A stretch of DNA of 43,353 nt from Clostridia bacterium. GTDB lineage: Bacteria; Bacillota; Clostridia; Christensenellales; DTU072. Below the pieces are notes generated by a model, which was not told the DNA's origin, did no database searches, and saw only the letters and a program-made list of their open reading frames with translations. The DNA lies in NCBI GenBank assembly GCA_028699795.1, contig JAQVTZ010000002.1:1-43353 (forward strand), in the 5' to 3' direction. A program made the translations under genes and the position numbers. Numbering within the stretch: position 1 is the first letter of the stretch; the number at the start of each line of letters is the position of its first letter. Shown in pieces: positions 26,567 to 37,623 of this stretch.

Positions 26567-26590
26567 AGAAGAGTTTCCGCTCTTTTTTTT
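26567..26590 (+). terminator. Weak candidate terminator after the acyltransferase gene
   Basis: AGAAGAG (26567..26573) pairs with CTCTTTT (26580..26586) as a 7-bp A/U-rich stem with one G-U pair and a 6-nt loop. It sits inside a T8 tract. Confidence 0.35.
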
Positions 26591-26604
26591 ATCCGTTCAA
26601 GTTT

Positions 26605-26633
26605 GCATAATTCGTGCCGTTTTTTACATTCTA
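26605..26633 (+). promoter_or_regulatory. Forespore sigma-G/F-type promoter for spoVT
   Basis: GCATA (26605..26609), 17-nt spacer, CATTCTA (26627..26633). This fits the B. subtilis sigma-G consensus GHATR-N17/18-CATXHTA. Caveat: the -10 ends only 16 nt before the ATG, so the leader would be very short. Confidence 0.45.
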
Positions 26634-26649
26634 TCAGCAAGGAGAATCT

Positions 26650-27177
26650 ATGCGTGCTACAGGAATTGTAAGACGGATTGACGAGCTTGGCAGAGTGGTC
26701 ATTCCCAAAGAAATCAGAAGAACAATGAAGATAAGAGAGGGAGAAGAGCTGGAAGTTTTTACCGGTGAAGACGAGTCCCTCATCCTAAAAAAATATTCCG
26801 CCGTAAAGGAGTTTTCAAGTTTTGCGGGAGAATATGTGAGTTCGGTGTATCTATCAACGGGATATACGGCGCTTGTATTCGATATGGACAGTTTGGTTGC
26901 CGCAAGCGGGGATATTAAGCTGTATAAAACCGGAAGTCCCGTAAGCTACAAATTCGAAAAATTGCTGGAAGACAGGAAACCGATTTTGCTTACGGGGAGA
27001 GAATTGGTAAGCCTTTGCGGAGAGGAGATTTCGGGATTGGGCGGTATGGCGATTGCCCCTATTATAAGCGCCGGAGATGTTATGGGCGCTCTTGCGGTGG
27101 TGTCCGTAAAAGAGCTCGGAGATGTGGCTCTTAAGTTGGCTACAATAGGCGCTAATTTCTTATCGACCCAACTCTGA
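26650..27177 (+). CDS. spoVT: Stage V sporulation protein T (AbrB-family forespore transcription factor)
   Basis: MRATGIVRRIDELGRVVIPKEIRRTMKIREGEELEVF is nearly identical in pattern to the B. subtilis SpoVT N-terminus. A C-terminal GAF-like domain of about 120 aa follows, for 175 aa in total. AAGGAGA RBS at 26639..26645. Confidence 0.9.
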   Translation: MRATGIVRRIDELGRVVIPKEIRRTMKIREGEELEVFTGEDESLILKKYSAVKEFSSFAGEYVSSVYLSTGYTALVFDMDSLVAASGDIKLYKTGSPVSYKFEKLLEDRKPILLTGRELVSLCGEEISGLGGMAIAPIISAGDVMGALAVVSVKELGDVALKLATIGANFLSTQL

Positions 27178-28743
27178 TTGAAGCGAACACTTTGGAAAGG
27201 CGCGGGCCTTCTTGCCTTCGCCACTTTTTTTTCCAAGTTTATCGGAGCGTTATACCGCATACCGCTCACCAATATTCTGGGCGCCCAAGGCATGGGCGTG
27301 TACCAGCTTATTTTCCCTATTTATTCTTTTATCCTTTCGACTTCGTCGGGGGCGTTGCCGATAGCCGTTTCGATGTTGGTAAGCTCGCGTATTGCAAGGG
27401 GTGAGCGGGAAGAAGCCCGTAAACTCATTACGACGGCTATGTCTGCGTTGCTCATGACGGGCATTGTACTGACCTTCATATTAGTGGTACTTTCGGGGCC
27501 ACTCGGTTCGCTGCAAGGTTCAAAGGATACAAGACTCGGATATCTTGCGATTGCGCCTGCAATCTTCTTTGTATCGGGCATTGCGGTTTTGCGGGGCTGG
27601 TTTCAGGGGACAGGGCATTGGGCGCCGTCCGCGGCATCGCAAGTGAGCGAATCGATTGTTAAGCTGGGCGTAGGCCTTACGCTTGCCTATTTGTTTTTAC
27701 CCCTCGGTATCGCATGGTCGGTGTTCGGCGCAATGGCGGGTGTCACCTTGTCCGAACTGGTGACTTTTTTTATGTTATACGGGATGTATCGCAAAAAAAA
27801 CCCCCGCTTAAACTTGACTTTTGATATCAAAAATTCCAGACAAAATTATAAAGAAATCACACGGCTCACCATCCCTATGACCATCGGCAATGTTATTATG
27901 CCTACGATACAAATTATCGACAGCTTTTTGGTAGTCAATCTTTTGTCCCGAGCCATTACGGGGGCGGCGGCAACGGCAAGTTATGGCTTGCTGACAGGAC
28001 CCGTAAACTCTTTGGTCAATCTCCCCATCGTCATCGGATTATCGCTGGGGATAGCCGTCGTCCCGCAAATCGCGAAAAACAAAGAAGAACATAATATAAC
28101 GGCAATCAAACAGAAAAGCGATACCGCGTTTAAGCTCGCGCTCGTGATAGGCGTACCTTTCGCATTCATGTATTTTGCGCTGTCGGAAGGCATTATCAGG
28201 GTGTTATATCCCGCATTTTCCGCGGCCGAAATTGCTGAAGCGTCTTTATTGCTAAGGATAAGCTGTTTTTCGGTAATCGCGTTGTCTGCCCAACAAATTT
28301 ATACCGCCATTATGCAGGGACTTGGCAGTATTTATAAGCCTGTCAAAAACATGGGCATAGGCGCGGTGGTGAAAATAGTGTTGAACTTGGTGTTAATGCC
28401 CGTAATCGGCATCGCGGGGGTTGCGGTGGCATCGCTCGCTTGTTTTGTTGTGACAGCTGTTTTGAATATTATTCAGGTGCGTATTTTAATTGGGAAAAGT
28501 ACGAATTTATTTAAAAATAGTGGCGTTATTCTTTTAAGCGGTGTTATAATGGGGGCGGCGGTATTTGCGATAAGCTTTTTTACGAGAGGTTGGGCGTTGC
28601 CCTTGATTACCGCGATAGTGGGTGCGTTGTTGTATCTTGCGATGCTTATCCTTTTCCGTGTTTTTAATAGGGGCGAGCTTGCCGCGTTGCCTTTGGGCAA
28701 AAAGCTGGTCGCATTAAACGACAAAATATTTTCGAGAGGTTAA
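27178..28743 (+). CDS. MOP-superfamily polysaccharide / lipid II flippase (SpoVB/YabM-like)
   Basis: 521 aa with about 14 TM segments. LLAFATFFSKFIGALYRIPLTNILGAQGMGVYQLIFPIY is the family N-terminus. The TTG start directly abuts the spoVT stop. Its position after spoVT mirrors B. subtilis yabM. Confidence 0.8.
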   Translation: MKRTLWKGAGLLAFATFFSKFIGALYRIPLTNILGAQGMGVYQLIFPIYSFILSTSSGALPIAVSMLVSSRIARGEREEARKLITTAMSALLMTGIVLTFILVVLSGPLGSLQGSKDTRLGYLAIAPAIFFVSGIAVLRGWFQGTGHWAPSAASQVSESIVKLGVGLTLAYLFLPLGIAWSVFGAMAGVTLSELVTFFMLYGMYRKKNPRLNLTFDIKNSRQNYKEITRLTIPMTIGNVIMPTIQIIDSFLVVNLLSRAITGAAATASYGLLTGPVNSLVNLPIVIGLSLGIAVVPQIAKNKEEHNITAIKQKSDTAFKLALVIGVPFAFMYFALSEGIIRVLYPAFSAAEIAEASLLLRISCFSVIALSAQQIYTAIMQGLGSIYKPVKNMGIGAVVKIVLNLVLMPVIGIAGVAVASLACFVVTAVLNIIQVRILIGKSTNLFKNSGVILLSGVIMGAAVFAISFFTRGWALPLITAIVGALLYLAMLILFRVFNRGELAALPLGKKLVALNDKIFSRG

Positions 28744-28746
28744 AAG

Positions 28747-29790
28747 ATGAATTTTACCGAAATGACAGGCGGCTCTTATGCCGCATTTTCCGCATCCCAG
28801 TTTTTAGAACGCAAAATCAACAGTTTTGAATACAATATTCCCGTTGTCGTTTACGAGATAGACGAAGGCATTTTTTCTAAAGTCAAAAACAAAGCCGAAG
28901 ATTATTTTGGAAGTGATGCCAAAATTATTACAGCGGACGGCGACACACAAAAATTAAAAGAGGTTCCATTTGTCGATACGCTTATTATCCAACCCGTCCC
29001 GTATATCGAGCGCAAACGTTTCGGATTCGGGGACCTTGTCGAAATTATCAGACGGCTCCGAGACCCCGACGGTTGCCCTTGGGACAGAGCGCAAACTTAC
29101 GACAGTATCCGCGCTTGCGCGATAGAAGAAGCGTATGAGTTGGTCGAAGCGGTAGAGCTTAAGGATAAAGACAAAATATTGGAAGAAAGCGGCGATGTCA
29201 TGTTGCAAGGGTTGTTTCATGCCTCGATTGCCGAAGACAACGGCGACTTTAACTTCAACGATATGATTTCTGCCCTTGCGTATAAACTGGTAAGCAGACA
29301 CACGCATATTTTCGGGGCGCATAAAGCCGCAAATGAAGAACAAGCCCTCAATTTTTGGGAAAAAGCGAAAGCAAAAGAAAAGGGGCAAAAAAGTGTCGGG
29401 GATAAGCTGGACAGCGTGCCCAAAACCTTTTCTGCCTTAATGCGTGCATTAAAAGTACAAAAAATTATTAAAAAAACGGGATTCGAGTTTCCGTCTGTCG
29501 ATAACGCTCTGGACAAGGTGCGCGAAGAAACCGCCGAGTTTGCCGAGGCGACGGACAATCTCGAAGAAGAAGCGGGCGATCTTCTGTTTTCGGTTGTCAA
29601 TTTGCTGCGGATGCATCGTATCGATCCCGAAATCGCCCTTAACGCGACCATAGATAAGTTTATCCGCAGGTTTTTGTATGTCGACCAAAAAGCGAGGGAA
29701 GCGGGCGTTGCGCTGGAAGAATGCAGTTTGGAAACCATGGAAGACTGGTACCAAGAGTATAAGAGGTTGTACGAACATTCATGCAGATAG
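28747..29790 (+). CDS. mazG: MazG nucleoside-triphosphate pyrophosphohydrolase (YabN-like, short N-terminal region)
   Basis: LVEIIRRLRDPDGCPWDRAQTYDSIRACAIEEAYELVEAV, followed by a second MazG repeat (EETAEFAEA...EEAGDLLFSVVNLLR). 347 aa. Confidence 0.85.
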   Translation: MNFTEMTGGSYAAFSASQFLERKINSFEYNIPVVVYEIDEGIFSKVKNKAEDYFGSDAKIITADGDTQKLKEVPFVDTLIIQPVPYIERKRFGFGDLVEIIRRLRDPDGCPWDRAQTYDSIRACAIEEAYELVEAVELKDKDKILEESGDVMLQGLFHASIAEDNGDFNFNDMISALAYKLVSRHTHIFGAHKAANEEQALNFWEKAKAKEKGQKSVGDKLDSVPKTFSALMRALKVQKIIKKTGFEFPSVDNALDKVREETAEFAEATDNLEEEAGDLLFSVVNLLRMHRIDPEIALNATIDKFIRRFLYVDQKAREAGVALEECSLETMEDWYQEYKRLYEHSCR

Positions 29791-30698
29791 GGGAGTTTGT
29801 ATTACAAAACGGCCTTATTCTTCCGCCGATTGCGGGCTACAGCGATATCGGGATGCGGATGCTTTGTGTAAGATACGGCGCGGAGCTTACTTTTACCGAA
29901 ATGGTGAGTGCGAAAGGGCTTGTTTATAATAATGAGAATACCAAAGAATTGCTCTTTACGCATGATACCGAGCCTATAAAAGCGGTGCAACTGTTTGGCA
30001 GAGAAGAAGACTTTTTTCAAAAGGCGATACGGCATGAGGCGTTGCGACCATTTGATATTATCGATATCAATTTTGGCTGTCCCGTGAATAAAATAGTGCG
30101 TAACGGAGAAGGTAGCGCGCTGATGAAAGAACCAGAACAAATATATAAGATTATAAAAAAATGCATCGAAGCCGCCGACGGAAGACCTGTCACCGGCAAA
30201 ATTCGCGCAGGCTTTTCTCAAGAATGGCGCAACGCCGTCGAAGTTGCTTTGGCAATTCAGGATGCGGGCGGCGCGATGGTTACCGTGCACGGCAGAACGC
30301 GTGATATGATGTACAGCGGCAAAGCAGACTTAGAAATTATCAAAGAGGTCAAGGATGCCGTAAGCATACCCGTTACGGGAAACGGAGATGTTTGTGACAG
30401 AGAGAGTTATCTTCGCATGCTGTCTACGGGGGTAGACGGCGTCGCAATCGCCCGTGGAGCAATCGGCAGGCCTTCTATTTTTAGCGAAGTGCTCGGCAAA
30501 GGCGTCCAATTCGAAATCAAAGAATTGGTAAGAGAACATCTGGATGAGTTGCTGAAATACTATCCCGAAAGAGTCGCTGTAAACAATATAAAAAAACATG
30601 TCGCGTGTTATGTGAAAGGGCAAAGAGGCGCAAAACAGCGAAAAGAACAAGTATTTCGCGCCGAAACAACAACGCAGATTTTAGATAGTTTCGCATAA
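29781..30698 (+). CDS. dus: tRNA-dihydrouridine synthase
   Basis: LILPPIAGYSDIGMRMLCVRYGAELTFTEMVSA, DINFGCP and TVHGRT motifs are present. 305 aa, with a 10-nt overlap with the mazG end. Confidence 0.88.
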   Translation: MQIGEFVLQNGLILPPIAGYSDIGMRMLCVRYGAELTFTEMVSAKGLVYNNENTKELLFTHDTEPIKAVQLFGREEDFFQKAIRHEALRPFDIIDINFGCPVNKIVRNGEGSALMKEPEQIYKIIKKCIEAADGRPVTGKIRAGFSQEWRNAVEVALAIQDAGGAMVTVHGRTRDMMYSGKADLEIIKEVKDAVSIPVTGNGDVCDRESYLRMLSTGVDGVAIARGAIGRPSIFSEVLGKGVQFEIKELVREHLDELLKYYPERVAVNNIKKHVACYVKGQRGAKQRKEQVFRAETTTQILDSFA

Positions 30699-30737
30699 GT
30701 AAAGGGTAAATATTTATCCTATAATTGGCAAATATTG

Positions 30738-30766
30738 TTGCTCTACAAACATCAAAGTGGTATAAT
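30738..30766 (+). promoter_or_regulatory. Putative sigma-A promoter (extended -10) for pgk-tpiA-gpmI
   Basis: -35 TTGCTC (30738..30743), 17-nt spacer, TGgTATAAT (30758..30766). Confidence 0.5.
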
Positions 30767-30807
30767 TCACTTAGTTTATTAAAAAATGCTCAGTTTTGGA
30801 GGTAAAT

Positions 30808-31998
30808 ATGAACAAAAAAACCATCAAGGATGTGGCCGTCAAAGGCAAAAAGTGCCTTGTCCGCGTAGACTTTAATGTGCCTATGGCAGACGGCGTTATC
30901 ACAGACCTTAACAGGATTAACGGAGCGATACCCACAATCAAATACTTGGTAGATCAAGGCGCCAAGGTGATACTTTGCTCTCACATGGGCAGACCCAAAG
31001 GCGAATTTAACATGAAGTACACGCTTCGTCCCGTTGCCGAAAAATTGGAAGAGATGCTGGGACAAAAAGTCATTTTCGCCACCGATGTAATCGGTCCCGA
31101 TGCAAAAGCAAAGGTTGCCGCTTGCGGCGAAGGCGAAATTGTTTTGTTAGAAAACCTCCGCTTTCATAAAGAAGAAGAAAAAAATGACGAGGCTTTTTGC
31201 AAAGCCCTTGCAGCGTTTTGCGATGTGTATGTCAATGACGCTTTCGGTACTGCGCACCGCGCACACGCCTCCACCGCGGGGATTGCACAGTACGGATTTG
31301 TAAAAGATGCAGTCGCCGGCTTTCTTATCGGCCGTGAACTGGATGTCATGGGCGGCGCGCTCGAGAATCCCGCCCGTCCTTTTGTTGCAATACTCGGCGG
31401 CGCCAAGGTCAGCGACAAAATAGGAGTCATCAACAATCTGTTAGAAAAAGTCGATACCCTTATTATCGGCGGTGCAATGGCCTATACCTTCAATGCCGCA
31501 AAAGGGATCAAAACAGGTAATTCGCTATGCGAGATAGACAAAGTTGAGCTTGCAAAACAGCTAATTGCAAAAGCCGCAGCCAAAAAAGTCAATCTGTTAT
31601 TACCAGTAGATACTGTTGTGGCCGATGAGTTTGACGCCGATGCCAACAGTATGGTAGTCGAAGGCGATATCCCGGACGGTTGGCAAGGTCTGGACATTGG
31701 TCCCAAAACTTGCAAGATTTTTGCAGACGCCGTACTGTCCGCAAAAACGGTAATATGGAACGGCCCTATGGGCGTATTCGAAATGGAGAAGTTTGCAGTA
31801 GGTACCAAAGCGGTAGCCAAGGCGCTTGCAGACTCGCAGGCAGTTACAATTATTGGCGGCGGAGACAGCGCGGCAGCCGTAAAACAGTTGGGATATGCAG
31901 ACAATATGACGCATATATCCACAGGAGGTGGCGCATCGCTTGAGTTTTTGGAAGGATTGGAGCTTCCCGGTGTGGCTTGTCTTAATGATAAGGCATAA
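30808..31998 (+). CDS. pgk: Phosphoglycerate kinase
   Basis: [25 protein letters not shown]..., GGAKVSDKI and GGGDSAAA motifs are present. The ATG at 30808 has GGAGG 5 nt upstream, so it is preferred over the TTG at 30796. Confidence 0.95.
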   Translation: MNKKTIKDVAVKGKKCLVRVDFNVPMADGVITDLNRINGAIPTIKYLVDQGAKVILCSHMGRPKGEFNMKYTLRPVAEKLEEMLGQKVIFATDVIGPDAKAKVAACGEGEIVLLENLRFHKEEEKNDEAFCKALAAFCDVYVNDAFGTAHRAHASTAGIAQYGFVKDAVAGFLIGRELDVMGGALENPARPFVAILGGAKVSDKIGVINNLLEKVDTLIIGGAMAYTFNAAKGIKTGNSLCEIDKVELAKQLIAKAAAKKVNLLLPVDTVVADEFDADANSMVVEGDIPDGWQGLDIGPKTCKIFADAVLSAKTVIWNGPMGVFEMEKFAVGTKAVAKALADSQAVTIIGGGDSAAAVKQLGYADNMTHISTGGGASLEFLEGLELPGVACLNDKA

Positions 31999-32079
31999 TC
32001 GATTCAAACAGATAAGTATTCACTTATAACGACGAAAAACTATCGAAAAATAAAAAATAAAGTCATAAGGAGAACCTAA

Positions 32080-32826
32080 ATGAAAAGAGATATTATTGCA
32101 GGCAATTGGAAAATGAACAACAACAACGCCCAAACAAAAGAGCTTATCAAACAAATCGCGCCTCTTGTCAAGGATGCCAAATGCGAAGTTGTAGTTTGTG
32201 TTCCTTTTACCGATTTAGATACAGCCCGTCGCGCAATTCGCGGAACAAACATCAAACTTGGCGCACAAAATGTACATTGGGCTCCCAAAGGCGCGTTTAC
32301 AGGCGAAATCAGCGCGGATATGCTGTTAGAACAAAAAGTAGAATATGTTATTGTCGGACACAGCGAAAGAAGACAATACTTTGGCGAAACTGACGCTTCC
32401 GTAAACGCGAGAACCAAAGCGGCAATCGCGGCGGGGCTCAAGGTTATTGTTTGTATCGGCGAACTGTTAGAAGAGAGAGAAACGGGCAAGACTGCTGAAG
32501 TCGTAATTCGTCAGATTAACGGCGCCATGGCAGGTATCGAGAAAGCAGACCTCAAGAAAATTGTCGTTGCCTATGAACCCGTATGGGCAATCGGAACCGG
32601 CAGAACCGCGACCCCACAGGACGCAAACGACACCATTGCGATCATCCGCAAGGCTGTCCGCAAACTTTATGGCAAGACAGCTGCCAATGCGCTGCGTATC
32701 CAATACGGCGGCAGCATGAACGCCAAAAACGCCTCCGAACTGATGGCTATGCCCGAAATCGACGGCGGCTTAATTGGCGGCGCTTCCCTCAAAGCCGAAG
32801 ATTTTGCCAAGGTTGTCAATTATTGA
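32080..32826 (+). CDS. tpiA: Triosephosphate isomerase
   Basis: IIAGNWKMN, VIVGHSERR, AYEPVWAIGTG and GGASL motifs are present. AAGGAGA RBS. Confidence 0.95.
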   Translation: MKRDIIAGNWKMNNNNAQTKELIKQIAPLVKDAKCEVVVCVPFTDLDTARRAIRGTNIKLGAQNVHWAPKGAFTGEISADMLLEQKVEYVIVGHSERRQYFGETDASVNARTKAAIAAGLKVIVCIGELLEERETGKTAEVVIRQINGAMAGIEKADLKKIVVAYEPVWAIGTGRTATPQDANDTIAIIRKAVRKLYGKTAANALRIQYGGSMNAKNASELMAMPEIDGGLIGGASLKAEDFAKVVNY

Positions 32827-32841
32827 TTAGTAAGGAATAAT

Positions 32842-34368
32842 ATGTTTAACGCTTTAATTATAATGGATGGTTTTGGCATAAGCGAAGAAGTTTATGGCAA
32901 CGCCATCAAAGCGGCAGGGACACCGTTTCTGTCATCGCTTATGCAAAGATATCCCAATACTACGATTGGTGCAAGCGGTTTGGATGTGGGGCTTCCCCGC
33001 GGTCAGATGGGCAACAGCGAGGTAGGTCATATCAACATTGGCGCGGGACGCACGGTGTATCAAGAGCTTACACGCATCACGAAAGACATAGAAGATGGCG
33101 GATTCTTTACAAACGAGTGCTTTTTAGATGCCATAAAAAACGCCAAAACGAACGGCCGCGCCTTACATGTGTTCGGTTTGCTTTCGGACGGCGGTGTACA
33201 TAGCCATATCGAGCACCTGTTTGCGCTCATCGAACTTGCAAAACGCGAAGGACTGAAGGATCTCTTTATCCATTGTTTTATGGATGGGCGCGATGTTCCG
33301 CCCACAAGCGGCGCTTGCTATCTGCAGATGCTGGAAGATTTTATCCAAAAAATAAATTTCGGGACGATTGCTTCGGTCATGGGCAGATATTACGCCATGG
33401 ATCGGGATAACCGCTGGGAGCGTGTCGAAAAAGCGTATAGAGCGCTTGTAGACGGCGAAGGAATTATGGCAGAATCCGCCGTAAAGGCGGCCGAACAAAG
33501 CTATACAAATGAAGTAACAGACGAATTTATTCTTCCTATTGTAATTTGTAAAGACGGAGTCCCCGTACGCCGCATCTGTCACGGCGACAGTGTGGTGTTC
33601 TTCAATTTCCGTCCCGACAGAGCAAGAGAGCTCACCAGAGCGTTTATTAAAGAAGATTTCGACGGTTTTGTCCGCAAACAAGGGTGTTTGAAACCTTTTT
33701 ATGTAGGATTTACCCGTTACGATGCCACTTTTACAGAATTATGTACCGCTTTTAAGCCGCAAAGTCTCAAAAATAATTTGGGACAGGTAATTGCCGCAAA
33801 CGGGTTAAAACAACTTCGTATTGCCGAAACAGAAAAGTATGCGCATGTCACTTTTTTCTTTAATTCGGGCGTCGAGGAACCCAACATAGGCGAAGACAGA
33901 GTGCTGATACCCTCTCCCAAAGTCGCAACTTATGACCTAAAGCCCGAAATGAGCGCGATAGAAGTAACCGATAAAGCAGTAGAACTTATCTTGGCGCAAA
34001 AATATGATTTTATGGTGCTCAACTTCGCCAACTGCGATATGGTAGGGCATACGGGCGATTTTGATGCCGCAGTGAAAGCGGTTGCAACGGTCGACAGTTG
34101 CCTCAAAAAAGTGATAGAGGCGATCCTGTCCATTGGCGGAAGCGCGATTGTGACGGCAGACCACGGCAATGCCGATAAGATGTATGATTGTAACGGGTGT
34201 CCGTTTACTGCGCATACCACCAATCCCGTGCCGTTTGTCGTGGTAAAAGACGGCGATTTTACGCTTGCAGAAGGCGGCAAACTTGCCGATGTTGCGCCCA
34301 CACTCTTAGACATGATGGGGATTTCTCAGCCTGTCGAAATGGAGGGGAGAAGTCTTATTAAGAAGTAA
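32842..34368 (+). CDS. gpmI: 2,3-bisphosphoglycerate-independent phosphoglycerate mutase
   Basis: MGNSEVGHINIGAGR, LSDGGVHSH and ADHGNA motifs are present. 508 aa. Confidence 0.95.
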   Translation: MFNALIIMDGFGISEEVYGNAIKAAGTPFLSSLMQRYPNTTIGASGLDVGLPRGQMGNSEVGHINIGAGRTVYQELTRITKDIEDGGFFTNECFLDAIKNAKTNGRALHVFGLLSDGGVHSHIEHLFALIELAKREGLKDLFIHCFMDGRDVPPTSGACYLQMLEDFIQKINFGTIASVMGRYYAMDRDNRWERVEKAYRALVDGEGIMAESAVKAAEQSYTNEVTDEFILPIVICKDGVPVRRICHGDSVVFFNFRPDRARELTRAFIKEDFDGFVRKQGCLKPFYVGFTRYDATFTELCTAFKPQSLKNNLGQVIAANGLKQLRIAETEKYAHVTFFFNSGVEEPNIGEDRVLIPSPKVATYDLKPEMSAIEVTDKAVELILAQKYDFMVLNFANCDMVGHTGDFDAAVKAVATVDSCLKKVIEAILSIGGSAIVTADHGNADKMYDCNGCPFTAHTTNPVPFVVVKDGDFTLAEGGKLADVAPTLLDMMGISQPVEMEGRSLIKK

Positions 34369-34431
34369 GGGGCGGCAGATAAATCTATAACCAAAAATAC
34401 ATAGTTCCTTAACATATTAAGGGTTTCTTAC

Positions 34432-34460
34432 TTGACAAAAGGGATATAGGGTAGTAGAAT
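34432..34460 (+). promoter_or_regulatory. Sigma-A promoter for pyrG
   Basis: Perfect TTGACA (34432..34437), 17-nt spacer, TAGAAT (34455..34460). Confidence 0.65.
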
Positions 34461-34473
34461 ATTACAAGAACAA

Positions 34474-34520
34474 GGGGCGTTCATACAACACACAATTGGG
34501 GTGTCTGCGAACGCCTTTTT
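34474..34520 (+). terminator. Leader (attenuator) terminator between the pyrG promoter and its RBS
   Basis: GGCGTTC (34476..34482) pairs with GAACGCC (34509..34515). Between them is an inner imperfect hairpin centred on CAATTG. TTTTT follows at 34516..34520. The AAGGAG RBS and ATG 34544 lie downstream. Confidence 0.65.
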
Positions 34521-34522
34521 AA

Positions 34523-36139
<1,617 letters not shown>

Positions 36140-36252
36140 CCCATAGAAAAGCATAAAATAGTAATAATACTTTCAAATGCAAATGATATGTGGTATTATT
36201 GAAAAATGATAATCGGATTAGAAAAACATATTCCGTTTAACGGAGTAGCGTA

Positions 36253-37590
36253 ATGAATAAGCGCGCGCATCGGCTGTCGGATTGGCAGATGATATTGCTG
36301 GGTTATGTGATTTTAATTGTTTTCGGCAGTCTTTTGTTAGCTTTACCTATCTCCTCACGAAATGGTTGGACATCTTATATTAACGCTTTATTTACTTCCG
36401 CATCGGCGACTTGCGTTACGGGATTGGTGGTTTATGACACCTTTACGCATTGGTCGCTTTTCGGGCAGATCGTTATTTTGTTTTTAATACAAGTTGGCGG
36501 TATCGGTATTATGACGATTATAAGCCTCTTTACGGTTGCGCTCAAAGGCAAAGTAGGACTATACGAGAACTTGGTTATCATGCATGCCTCTGGCAACTCC
36601 AGACTTTCGGGCAGCCAAAGACTTATTAAAAGAATTGTGTTGGGCACTTTACTGTTCGAAAGCGCGGGCGCAATCCTTTTAAGCTTTCGTTTCTGTTTCC
36701 AGTTCGGGTTTTGGAGAGGGGTTTGGTTCTCTGTTTTTCATTCGGTCTCGGCGTTTTGCAATGCAGGGTTCGACCTTATGGGTATCAATGCGGGCTTCTC
36801 GTCTTTTACGGCATACAGCGGAGACCCTTTGGTTTCGCTCACGATATGCTTGCTTATCGTTGTGGGCGGTCTCGGATTTCTTGTATGGAACGAAATGTTG
36901 ACCGTAGGTTTCAAATTCAAAAAGTATCAGACACACACGCAATTGGTGCTCTCGGCGACTCTTATATTTGTGGTTGTACCCGCCGCGCTATTTTTATTGT
37001 TCGAAAAGAATAACCTTTTTGCGGATGTCGGGTTCGGCGAAGCGTTGCTGTCGTCGCTTTTCGCCTCCATTACGCCCCGTACCGCAGGTTTCAACACGAT
37101 AGATGTTGCAAGCATGTCCGAAAGCAGTATTGCGCTTACTATGATATTGATGTTTATCGGCGGCAATACGGGGTCTACCGCAGGCGGCATTAAAGTGACG
37201 ACTTTTCTTATTATCTTATTTGGTGTTTTTGCCGCTTACCGCAACAGAACCGATGTGCAGATAGGCAAAAAACGTATGCCTGTCTATTTGCTTTTGCAGT
37301 CGTTGTGCATCGTAATGACATACATTTTTGCAATAGCCCTTGCAACGATTATTATACTTGCTATCGAGCCGTTTTCCTTTTTAGAGGTTGGGTTCGAGGT
37401 CATTTCCGCACTCGGTACCGTGGGCTTAAGTTTCGGTATTACACCGATGATAACGGGAGGCACCAAAATTATATTAGTACTGCTAATGTTTCTAGGTAAG
37501 ATAGGGGTCATCACGCTGCTTTATTCCCTTATTTCACACAAGAAAAAACCTGATATCAAGAGACCGATGGATTCGATACAGATAGGGTAG
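36253..37590 (+). CDS. ktrB: TrkH/KtrB family K+ uptake membrane subunit
   Basis: 445 aa, polytopic. The family's repeated selectivity-filter-like segments are present: SATCVTGL, FCNAGFDL, RTAGFNT, LGTVGLS. Confidence 0.85.
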   Translation: MNKRAHRLSDWQMILLGYVILIVFGSLLLALPISSRNGWTSYINALFTSASATCVTGLVVYDTFTHWSLFGQIVILFLIQVGGIGIMTIISLFTVALKGKVGLYENLVIMHASGNSRLSGSQRLIKRIVLGTLLFESAGAILLSFRFCFQFGFWRGVWFSVFHSVSAFCNAGFDLMGINAGFSSFTAYSGDPLVSLTICLLIVVGGLGFLVWNEMLTVGFKFKKYQTHTQLVLSATLIFVVVPAALFLLFEKNNLFADVGFGEALLSSLFASITPRTAGFNTIDVASMSESSIALTMILMFIGGNTGSTAGGIKVTTFLIILFGVFAAYRNRTDVQIGKKRMPVYLLLQSLCIVMTYIFAIALATIIILAIEPFSFLEVGFEVISALGTVGLSFGITPMITGGTKIILVLLMFLGKIGVITLLYSLISHKKKPDIKRPMDSIQIG

Positions 37591-37623
37591 TTACCATGTT
37601 TTCCTAAAGGAGGAATATTTACT

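Noticed and set aside
36140-36252. c-di-AMP (ydaO/kimA-type) riboswitch upstream of ktrB, as found in B. subtilis ktrAB
   Set aside because: The region is only 113 nt, AT-rich, and lacks the paired pseudo-symmetric ACGGGG/CCCGC-type conserved cores. Only a candidate TGgTATTAT -10 and a tiny CCGTT/AACGG hairpin are present. A covariance-model scan (Rfam RF00379) would settle this.
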